IMG/VR virus record: IMGVR_UViG_3300027798_000068
Coordinates: 1 to 47,102 of that record
Origin: a virus
Lineage: Duplodnaviria; Caudoviricetes
DNA length: 47,102 nucleotides
Reading direction: 5' to 3' (one strand)
Shown here: in pieces, positions 18,555 to 26,207 of the stretch
Layout of the letters: each line of letters opens with the position of its first letter
Numbering within the stretch: the first letter of the stretch is position 1
Notes under the pieces: generated by a model
What the model was told of the DNA's origin: nothing
What the model saw: only the letters and a program-made list of their open reading frames with translations
Databases searched by the model: none
Program-made: the position numbers and the translations under genes

Positions 18555-19266
18555 TGGGATTAATCCTATACATATTTCTATCAATTCTATTTTCTTCTGG
18601 GTCCGTAGGGAATCTGTTCCAGCAAGGAATGCTCATGCTTAATCTCTTGCCTGTTGGATAGGCGCAATGATACATTCTTGATGGAATATATAGTGCGTCG
18701 CCGGGTGATAATTCTATATCAATTGCAACATCTAGCTCGTCATCACGTAATCGATTATTCATAGTGCCAACTTTATACATATACGAAATTCTATTATTGA
18801 ATACCTTCCACCTAGTAGTGCCTTCAACTTGAATAATAAAGTTACAAGGATAATCATCGTGAATTGTAAAAGATTTAGAATCAGTTAAGCCACAATAGAC
18901 ATGTATTGCTGAGTTGACGTCAAACATTCTTTCAAAAATATCTAGCAAATGATTAGTTTTTTCATTGTAGAATCCATAGTTCATTATTATTAAACTATTT
19001 CCCTGATGAAATTTTTCAAATAAGAATTTTTTATTTTGTGCAGTTTTTCCGTACATCCAGGCTTTTGTTGATCTTGGTATGTCAACTTTAAGTCCGTTGC
19101 TATCAATCATCTCAAAATCGTAAAGGTACGGATTGTTCATACAATTTTCAACATCCTGCCAAGATAATAGTTCTCCAGGATTAGCTAATAATTGTTTGAA
19201 AAAATAAGGCTTATCGTCTACTAACAAGTTAGTTTCGTTGAGTATGCGTTGACCTATAGTATTCAT
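18547..19266 (-). CDS. JmjC-domain (Cupin_4, YcfD/ROX-like) oxygenase
   Basis: SFTIHDD...FIIQVEG..RWKV and LSPGDALYIPS..YHCA. Confidence 0.85.
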   Translation of the reverse strand: MNTIGQRILNETNLLVDDKPYFFKQLLANPGELLSWQDVENCMNNPYLYDFEMIDSNGLKVDIPRSTKAWMYGKTAQNKKFLFEKFHQGNSLIIMNYGFYNEKTNHLLDIFERMFDVNSAIHVYCGLTDSKSFTIHDDYPCNFIIQVEGTTRWKVFNNRISYMYKVGTMNNRLRDDELDVAIDIELSPGDALYIPSRMYHCAYPTGKRLSMSIPCWNRFPTDPEENRIDRNMYRINPNV

Positions 19267-19861
19267 CGTCAGTCCTTATTATTTTTGTGTTGAAAGATAT
19301 TGATATTCTGTCGTGCTCAGTTTCATTTTGATCAACACCGTGAGGTAGCCAGCCGGGAAACATTATTAATTTTCCAGTTTCTGGAGTAAACGCCATTGCG
19401 CTATTATTAAGCTGTGTGTAGTTTGCAATCCGCGCGGCGCTGGCAATGGCAAAATCTTGACTATAAGATTTATAAAAATTTATGTTACCTTGTCCTGGCC
19501 CAGCTTTTAAATAAAATGCTCCGGATATAAAACTGTTGTCGTGTATATGCACGGAATTTGAATGATATTTACGATTAACGTTTATCCATATATTTTCTAA
19601 GACAGTAAAACAACTAGAAGGATCATACCCAAAGTCTAATACACATTGGTTAGTTTGTTTTATAATTTTTTGTTCAATTTCTGCGAACTCTGGATAAACG
19701 CCTGGCCTAAAATCTTTACTCTGCCAGCCGCCTTGATTGCTTAGTCGTCGGCCTTGAGGATCTTGTTCCATTAATCGATATGTTAGATCAATCATGGGGT
19801 CGGTGTTAAAACCAGTATGTTCCCACCAAATAGGTGTTGGAAAACAATAGTCTAAATTCAT
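19229..19861 (-). CDS. 2OG-Fe(II) oxygenase, TIGR02466-like
   Basis: FPTPIW, SNQGGWQS, WINVN, HIHDNSFISGAFY, FPGWLPHGV and RISISFN. The start at 19861 gives an ATGA overlap. Confidence 0.9.
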   Translation of the reverse strand: MNLDYCFPTPIWWEHTGFNTDPMIDLTYRLMEQDPQGRRLSNQGGWQSKDFRPGVYPEFAEIEQKIIKQTNQCVLDFGYDPSSCFTVLENIWINVNRKYHSNSVHIHDNSFISGAFYLKAGPGQGNINFYKSYSQDFAIASAARIANYTQLNNSAMAFTPETGKLIMFPGWLPHGVDQNETEHDRISISFNTKIIRTDDEYYRSTHTQRN

Positions 19862-20664
19862 TTTAAAATATCTCGCATAGTCATTGATTGCCGTTGTAGG
19901 TGGCTGAACGCAAATGCATGACTCCATCTAAAATCTACTTCAGATGTGATATGCGGGTTATGACACACGCCCGATGGATATATTGTCATTGTGCGTTCTT
20001 TAGTAGGAATACTACCCAATAATTCAAACCCCCACCTAGCTAACTCGCTGTCTGATAGATTAAACCAACTGTCGGCACGATGCGGAATTTCGCTTTTACT
20101 TTTCCACTCTTCGTGTAGTGGGTGCTGTGTATCTAACTGGAAGTCGTATAATTCATTGCTCATGATCCCGTGATACTTGTATAGCTTTGTTGAGCTTGTT
20201 AAAATTGCATGATCGGTAAACCATAAATTGCCTACAATACCATGAACATAATCAATGTGCGGAATTCTCCAACATTTTATAGGTTTAGCCTTTTCTTTAA
20301 AATATACATTTCCCCATTCGTGAATTTGCGGGTCAACAACATCTGCACTACTAAATGTTTTTAGATATAAGTCTCGTAATAAAAAACAAATGTCTTTACT
20401 AATCCATTCAGGGACATGAATTGTATCAAAAGGATTTGGATCAAAATTACTAGGGTGATTATTATCTTTTTGTATAGGAAAACTTGCAATTAAAGTTTGA
20501 AATAGGTCGAACATTTCGTCTGTCTCAAACGGATGTTCAGCTTCCCAATATCCTAGACCGTAGTCTAGCTCTATGTAATTACGTTGCCAACTATCGAGAG
20601 TCTTTAACTTTATTACTTCGTTAAAGTGATTAGCATCTGGGTAGCATATTTTAAAATCAATCAT
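19858..20664 (-). CDS. Putative 2OG-Fe(II) oxygenase (divergent)
   Basis: IPHID, a distal His in IYPSGVCHNP, and a terminal R..H.F.F strand. Confidence 0.6.
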   Translation of the reverse strand: MIDFKICYPDANHFNEVIKLKTLDSWQRNYIELDYGLGYWEAEHPFETDEMFDLFQTLIASFPIQKDNNHPSNFDPNPFDTIHVPEWISKDICFLLRDLYLKTFSSADVVDPQIHEWGNVYFKEKAKPIKCWRIPHIDYVHGIVGNLWFTDHAILTSSTKLYKYHGIMSNELYDFQLDTQHPLHEEWKSKSEIPHRADSWFNLSDSELARWGFELLGSIPTKERTMTIYPSGVCHNPHITSEVDFRWSHAFAFSHLQRQSMTMRDILK

Positions 20665-21254
20665 TTTATGTTAAAAGTTATTACTATTCGTTCTTCGTCT
20701 GTTAAATTAGGTTGTACTCTATGCTTTAGCCACCCTGGAAATATTAGTACATCGTTAGTAGTAACTTCAACTTGGGAGTATAAGGTAGTTTCAGGTATAA
20801 TTGGAAATGTACTTTTATGATATTCTAACGGATCTTTAAATTCAATATTTCCAGAATTAGGGGGAGCCTTGATATAACAACTGGCAACAAACGTTCCAAA
20901 ATTATGTATATGCTCGTCTGTATAACCACCGCGACGGTGACGATTGCACCAAGAATTTATAACTTCAGAATAGTTATGAACAAATTTATAACAGTTGCGA
21001 ATTTCTGCCACCTTTGTTCCAAGCCACATTTGAAACTTTTCTAGTTCTAACCATGTGTGAGGTTGATAGGTGTTATCGATTGATACTGTCGAGATCGCAT
21101 CTCCTTTTTCTAAGGCAGAATTTATCTCTACTTTGGCAAATAACTCTTCTAGTTTAGGTTGAAGCTCATCTAAATCAAAAGTATAATTATATTTCCAAAT
21201 TAGAGGCGGGAACGTGTAAAGTCCGCCGTTAGGCAGTAGTACTTGTTGATTCAT
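20661..21254 (-). CDS. 2OG-Fe(II) oxygenase, TIGR02466-like
   Basis: SWCN, HIH, GNIEFKDP, IFPGWLKHRV and RIVITFN. Start set at the ATG at 21254. Confidence 0.85.
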   Translation of the reverse strand: MNQQVLLPNGGLYTFPPLIWKYNYTFDLDELQPKLEELFAKVEINSALEKGDAISTVSIDNTYQPHTWLELEKFQMWLGTKVAEIRNCYKFVHNYSEVINSWCNRHRRGGYTDEHIHNFGTFVASCYIKAPPNSGNIEFKDPLEYHKSTFPIIPETTLYSQVEVTTNDVLIFPGWLKHRVQPNLTDEERIVITFNIK

Positions 21255-21474
21255 AGGTCTCAATAGCCAATTGCAACCCCATAAGCACACCTTCCATTTT
21301 AAGCACATCGGTTGCTAAATCTTGACGTTTGCTAAAATCAATAGATGTGATGCCGTATGGATTTAACTTAACGTTAGCAAAGTCTTCCTCCATCTTTGCA
21401 AGTTCTTGCTCGTTTTGTTCTTTTTGTAACGAAACATTTTTCATAGTTTCTTCTAACGTAGATTTAAATGTCAT
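21229..21474 (-). CDS. Small helical / coiled-coil hypothetical protein
   Basis: 81-aa ORF with an AAGGAG RBS and amphipathic helical composition, in line with the operon. Confidence 0.7.
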   Translation of the reverse strand: MTFKSTLEETMKNVSLQKEQNEQELAKMEEDFANVKLNPYGITSIDFSKRQDLATDVLKMEGVLMGLQLAIETYESTSTTA

Positions 21475-21479
21475 AGTAA

Positions 21480-22268
21480 TTACTCCTTAGTTTTATACTT
21501 ATTTAGAACCAAACTAGTTCTGGCCAAACGTGACTTGAGATTGTCGTGAGGTAACAATGTGCAATTGGCAGCAAAATTAAAACTTCTTTCTCTTTCAAAG
21601 TCTTTCTCAGTTGCCTTGACAATTTCTACATTTAACTTCGACATTGATAGAGTTGATTTCTCAATCGGAATAATCTGACACAACGGAGTTCCTGCCCTGA
21701 CTAATGTTTCACCTTCGAGAACATGCCAAAATAATTGTACGTTTATGGCATGCATATATTTTGGGTCAAGAAATCCGTGTGCGGCTGTGAATCGAGGTTC
21801 TTTGTTATAGCTGATTGGAATTTGTAAGAAAATTAAATCGTCACTAGCATCTAGTCGCCACGGTGTTTCAACTTTGATTACACTCTTAAGTGTAGTACTT
21901 GCATTATCTAATAACGGTTCAACTTGTGACGGTGTATGAGAAGCTATGTAGTTAGCTGTACCAGGAGTCCCTTTACTAAATTTAATAGGTTCGGCCCACT
22001 CAAAAAACATGCCGTCTCCAGATGTCTTAATTACAAAATCAGCAGGTGCAGTAACAACCCATCCTGCGGTAATTAGTTTTCTAATGCCAGGGCAGTGTTT
22101 AGAACTTAATTCGGTAGTGTTAGTTTGCTCTTCAAATTCAAATGGGCGGCGCACTGCCGTTGCTCTAACAATAGGGAATAGATCATATACCCCTGACTCA
22201 AGGGTATAAAATCTCACATACGATTTCTTTTTAAAAAATGATAGTAGTTTATTAAACAGCGTGATCAT
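21480..22268 (-). CDS. Conserved phage protein, paralog of 7469-8299
   Basis: HCPGI...AGWVVTAPADF, KVETPWR, LDPKYMH and VQLFWHVLEGETLV. ATG at 22268. Confidence 0.6.
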   Translation of the reverse strand: MITLFNKLLSFFKKKSYVRFYTLESGVYDLFPIVRATAVRRPFEFEEQTNTTELSSKHCPGIRKLITAGWVVTAPADFVIKTSGDGMFFEWAEPIKFSKGTPGTANYIASHTPSQVEPLLDNASTTLKSVIKVETPWRLDASDDLIFLQIPISYNKEPRFTAAHGFLDPKYMHAINVQLFWHVLEGETLVRAGTPLCQIIPIEKSTLSMSKLNVEIVKATEKDFERERSFNFAANCTLLPHDNLKSRLARTSLVLNKYKTKE

Positions 22269-23868
22269 CTTTTCCACCGTAGATATTTTGTTTTAAAAAT
22301 TCATAGTGGCTAGGCAATGTCTTAACATGGTCTACGACAAAATCTCTGTAGTTCTCATAACTTCGTTTAGTAAAGCCAATTTCTTGTTCTTTAACTAATG
22401 GATCCATTCTATTACCGCCATAGAAAATTAATTCTTTTGTAGATATAGATTTAACACCCATGCCTGCGGCAATAAAAACTGAGCCTGTTAGATCTTGTTG
22501 GTACACTTGGCCGCCTACAATATTTCCTAATAAGTTTGGAAACATTGCGTTCATTAACATAAAATCGCCCATTTGATCAGGGCAATATTCATTTAATTCT
22601 GTACACCAGCGCCAGTATGGTGTGTCTGTTCTGCTTGAAAGTGCATAGTGCAATGCTATAAAATCTCTAAATTTACATACTTCGTTTTCAACAGACAGAT
22701 TAAACCCTTCTATCTCTGATCGAGTAATAAATCCTTGTCTGCGATTTAGAGATTCTACTAATTTAATAATGTTCTCGTGTGTAGTTAGCAATCCAGTTGA
22801 TTCTAAGGGTTCTACAAATCCATAGCTTAGGCCAACTCCTACAACGTTGGCTACCCATGCACGACGACGTCTACCGTGTCTAATATCAATGTGCATCATT
22901 TCTGCATTTTCTGCACGTTCTTTAGATCCGGTAGTGGCAAGATGTTGTCTAAATTCTTTTTCTGCTTCTTCTTGGGTGCAGAATCTTGAAGAATATACAT
23001 ATCCTGTTCCAATTCTGTTCCACAACGGAATATTCCAAACCCATCCGTTTCCAAGCGCATGACAGTCTGTTACATTGTGCATCTCTTTTTCGCGATCTTC
23101 ATAAGGAATACGGCAAGCCATAGCTTTATTATTAGCTAACATCTTTTCAAACGGTCTAAATTCTGAACCCATCCAGCCTTCTAACAGTACAGATCTAAAG
23201 CCAGTGCAGTCAATCCAGAGGTCTGATTTAAGTACAGTTGCATCAGTTAGCATTATATCGGTTATATTACCTACATGGTCTTTCTTATGTGAATGTACGT
23301 CACCTATAATATGAGTGACTCCGTTAGGTATTGCTATATTTTCTTTTAAATATTTTCCAAGTAACTGAGCATCCATGTGATACGCAGTGTCGTACTTAAA
23401 GTCAAAATTTCTTAAAAGATGTTGTTCATCTTTTGTTTGTTTGTTATACTTGGCCAGCATGGTATTGCCGGTACATACAAATTCTGCAAAGGTACTAGGA
23501 CCGTACTCATCGGGATACAATGTTGATAGTTCAGACCAACTTTGAATTCCATTTGGCTTGTCAGTATAATCAAATCCTGCACTAAAAGGATATTCAAAGA
23601 ATGTGCCGTCATTTTGCCTAAAATTAGTGAAACGAATAGAATTTTTATAGGTAGCATTACATGCCGCCATCCAATCTTCATCTTTAAGACCTAGTAGTCC
23701 AAAATATTTGTTAATATGTCCTAGTGTGCTTTCGCCCACGCCAATAGTACCCACTTTTGAAGATTCTACTAGGGTAACATCTAGATGTGGGCAAAGTTTT
23801 GATAGCGCGGCTGCTGTCATCCAGCCTGAACTGCCACCGCCAATAATTGTGACCTTTTTGATCTGCAT
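22252..23868 (-). CDS. Flavin-dependent tryptophan-halogenase-family enzyme 4
   Basis: GGGSSG, GVGEST, NATYKNSIRF, AYHMDA, canonical WVWNIP and FVEPLESTG. Confidence 0.93.
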   Translation of the reverse strand: MQIKKVTIIGGGSSGWMTAAALSKLCPHLDVTLVESSKVGTIGVGESTLGHINKYFGLLGLKDEDWMAACNATYKNSIRFTNFRQNDGTFFEYPFSAGFDYTDKPNGIQSWSELSTLYPDEYGPSTFAEFVCTGNTMLAKYNKQTKDEQHLLRNFDFKYDTAYHMDAQLLGKYLKENIAIPNGVTHIIGDVHSHKKDHVGNITDIMLTDATVLKSDLWIDCTGFRSVLLEGWMGSEFRPFEKMLANNKAMACRIPYEDREKEMHNVTDCHALGNGWVWNIPLWNRIGTGYVYSSRFCTQEEAEKEFRQHLATTGSKERAENAEMMHIDIRHGRRRRAWVANVVGVGLSYGFVEPLESTGLLTTHENIIKLVESLNRRQGFITRSEIEGFNLSVENEVCKFRDFIALHYALSSRTDTPYWRWCTELNEYCPDQMGDFMLMNAMFPNLLGNIVGGQVYQQDLTGSVFIAAGMGVKSISTKELIFYGGNRMDPLVKEQEIGFTKRSYENYRDFVVDHVKTLPSHYEFLKQNIYGGKDDHAV

Positions 23869-23892
23869 TGAAATTCCTTAATTTTAGTGAAA

Positions 23893-23900
23893 TATTTATA
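23893..23900 (-). promoter_or_regulatory. Consensus T4 late promoter TATAAATA
   Basis: Plus-strand tatttata is an exact TATAAATA on the minus strand, 24 nt upstream of the halogenase ATG, with an AAGGA RBS in between. Confidence 0.8.
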
Positions 23901-23920
23901 CTGTTACTGAGCACTGGTGA

Positions 23921-23947
23921 ATAAAAAAGGCACCCTAGAGTGCCTTT
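23921..23947 (-). terminator. Rho-independent terminator ending the structural operon
   Basis: Minus strand reads AAAGGCAC-tctagg-GTGCCTTT followed by TTTAT. Confidence 0.8.
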
Positions 23948-23968
23948 GTTTATTCTAGAGCAAACTTA

Positions 23969-24454
23969 TTAGTTACTGCTCCAACCAGAATAACGTTTCC
24001 ACGCTGGCAACTCGGCAGTAGAAGGTCTTGGTTCCTTATCTGCGCCTGGCTCGCTTACAATAGATTCCGCCATCATTTCTTCTAATGTCTTTGGAACAAC
24101 TGCCACAGGCTTAGGAATAATAGACTTAACGTTAGTAACGTGTTGGTACCAATCCCCATCTCGACTAATAGTGCCCGTAGTTCTTAGCTCGTGATATAAC
24201 ATGTCTAGTTGTTGGCCAATTTGTCCATATGCTACAGATCTAGCAACACCGTTATTAGTAAACGGGCCGTCTCTTTCGATCCATATCATCTCTTGAGCAG
24301 TTGGACTCCACTCTAGCGTCCAATCTAATGTAATTTCATCTGGTGCGTTGACCCATTGAATAGTTGCATCAGGGCCGCTGTAAATTTCATAGTCTTCACC
24401 CGGATCTACAATCTGTTGTACCCAACCTTGATAACCTATTAATGCTTTTTTCAT
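23969..24454 (-). CDS. Putative tail-fibre assembly chaperone-like protein
   Basis: R..AY..I..QLDMLYH...W......VK...PKP motif, typical of genes that follow fibre genes in aquatic myoviruses. ATG at 24454 with an AAGGGA RBS. Confidence 0.55.
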   Translation of the reverse strand: MKKALIGYQGWVQQIVDPGEDYEIYSGPDATIQWVNAPDEITLDWTLEWSPTAQEMIWIERDGPFTNNGVARSVAYGQIGQQLDMLYHELRTTGTISRDGDWYQHVTNVKSIIPKPVAVVPKTLEEMMAESIVSEPGADKEPRPSTAELPAWKRYSGWSSN

Positions 24455-24465
24455 AATCAAATCCC

Positions 24466-25320
24466 TTATTTGTATTCTTCAATAACTACAATTCCTGGAC
24501 GGCCATCTGACCCTCTATGTCCATGGAAATGTCCTCCAGTACCACCTGTACCTGGAGCTGAATGTCCTTGGTGGTTATGTGCAAAGTGACCACCCTGTGG
24601 ATGACCACTTGGTGCGGCACCACCAAAATATGTTGTACCGCCTGGACCAAAGCTATGATGGTGATCGCCGCCGCCGCCTTGGTGCAAGTTTAAGTCACCA
24701 CCGCTGCCATTACCACTGACACCACCACTGTGTTGGTTTTGTCTATTAGCGCCATGGCCACCGCCAGCTGACATGTAAGGTCCAAAACTAGTGCTGTTGC
24801 CGTTGCCGCCGGCACCTGAATAATAAGTTCCACCACCACCACCACCAATAGTAATACCTACTGAGCTGATGCCAGTTACATCCATTACCCGTTCTGAGTA
24901 CCCGCCTGCGCCGCCTGACTCACCGTGCCCACTCGCGCCACCGCCTGCTCCAACTAATTTTACTCTAATGTATCTAACGCCACCCGGTCTATTCCAAGTG
25001 CCGTTACCAGTGAATACCTGCATACCGCTAAAGCCAAGAGTTGAATATTCGTAGCCGTTGGCTGAAGCGTTCATTCTTAACACAGTATTGGCACTGCCAA
25101 CACTAGATAACCCAGTACCGCCTCTGCTTACTGCAAGACTTCCTGTAACCACACTTGAATTTAAATTTACTGCACTTGCCGCAAATTTTCCAGAAGTTAC
25201 TGCTCCGTCTTGTATGTTACTTGCAGATACAGTAGTAGATGCAACTTTTTGTCCGTTAATTGTTCCGTCTTGAAACGACGTGTCAACTAAATTTTTTAAT
25301 GTTTGATAATTAAATGGCAT
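24466..25320 (-). CDS. His-rich glycine-rich fibre/adhesin-like protein A
   Basis: N-terminal shaft repeats (I.DG.VT..K) and a Gly-rich domain FT..GTW..P.GV..I.V..VGAGGG...GIVVIEEY, with 15 His in the C-terminal half. Confidence 0.7.
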   Translation of the reverse strand: MPFNYQTLKNLVDTSFQDGTINGQKVASTTVSASNIQDGAVTSGKFAASAVNLNSSVVTGSLAVSRGGTGLSSVGSANTVLRMNASANGYEYSTLGFSGMQVFTGNGTWNRPGGVRYIRVKLVGAGGGASGHGESGGAGGYSERVMDVTGISSVGITIGGGGGGTYYSGAGGNGNSTSFGPYMSAGGGHGANRQNQHSGGVSGNGSGGDLNLHQGGGGDHHHSFGPGGTTYFGGAAPSGHPQGGHFAHNHQGHSAPGTGGTGGHFHGHRGSDGRPGIVVIEEYK

Positions 25321-25332
25321 CCTAAATCTCTC

Positions 25333-26196
25333 TTAAAAGAACTCTGTGATAACAACTAAGCCCGGACGGCCATCAGACCCTCTATGGCCGCTAAAGTAGC
25401 CACTTGTGCCGCCAGTGCCAGGAGCTGAATGTCCTTGGTGGTTATGTGCAAAATGGCCGCCTTGTGGATGTCCTGCAGGTGCAGGTCCTCCCCAGAAACT
25501 TGATCCACCCATACCTGATGATCGTTGTTCATGACTGCCGCCTGCGCCACCGTAGACATTTAAGTCTCCGCCTGAGCCAACACCAGGTAATCCACCATTG
25601 TGTTGATTATGTCTATTGGCTCCGTGGCCTCCACCTGCTGACACATACGGACCAAAACTAGTAGTGTTTCCGTTGCCGCCTGCGTTTGAGTAGTATGTTC
25701 CGCCACCACCGCCACCGATGGTAATACCGACGTTGTTAATACTGGTTACATCTAACATTCTTTCCGAGTATCCGCCTGCGGCTCCTGACTCACCGTGGCC
25801 GCTGCCGCCACCGCCTGCCCCTTGCACTTGAATTTGTATGTATCTAACTCTACTGTCACCTTTTGACCAAGTACCGTTACCAGTAAAAACAACCATACGA
25901 TAAATTCCAGAGGGTTTAAATTCTGTTGCATTGTTAGCAGAATTAGTTGTTAACACTTGATATGCGGATCCAAATCCAGTTTGTCCCGTGCCGCCTCTAG
26001 TAAACGGAAGTGTACCGGATACTGTTGCAGAACTCAAGTTTACAGATCCCACACCCATTTGTGTTGATGTAATTGTTGAGTTAGCTATTTTTAAATTAGT
26101 TACTGAATTAGGGCCTAAATCTGATCCTGTTACTGTAGAATCAACTAGGGCAGAGCTTCCTGTTAAATTCTTTAATGTTTGATAATTAAATGGCAT
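25333..26196 (-). CDS. His-rich glycine-rich fibre/adhesin-like protein B
   Basis: Paralog of A with the same MPFNYQTLKN start and the GHPQGGHFAHNHQGHSAPG motif. Confidence 0.7.
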   Translation of the reverse strand: MPFNYQTLKNLTGSSALVDSTVTGSDLGPNSVTNLKIANSTITSTQMGVGSVNLSSATVSGTLPFTRGGTGQTGFGSAYQVLTTNSANNATEFKPSGIYRMVVFTGNGTWSKGDSRVRYIQIQVQGAGGGGSGHGESGAAGGYSERMLDVTSINNVGITIGGGGGGTYYSNAGGNGNTTSFGPYVSAGGGHGANRHNQHNGGLPGVGSGGDLNVYGGAGGSHEQRSSGMGGSSFWGGPAPAGHPQGGHFAHNHQGHSAPGTGGTSGYFSGHRGSDGRPGLVVITEFF

Positions 26197-26207
26197 GTCT
26201 ACATCTC

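Noticed and set aside
8296-21254. Fe/2OG-dependent halogenases among the oxygenases
   Set aside because: None shows the HxA/HxG substitution that defines them; all have HxD, HxE or HxH.
2696-23868. Reading the island as a DNA base hypermodification pathway (dNMP kinase, NUDIX and oxygenases)
   Set aside because: I recognised no TET/JBP, thymidylate-synthase-like, glycosyltransferase or methylase genes. The kinase and NUDIX are common in such phages, and the late promoter and structural context point elsewhere. It is disfavoured but not excluded.
7469-23868. Apparently higher AT content of the enzyme island as a sign of recent horizontal transfer
   Set aside because: Not computed, and explainable by the Gly/Ala/Thr-rich composition of the flanking structural genes. 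No integrase or att-like repeats were seen.
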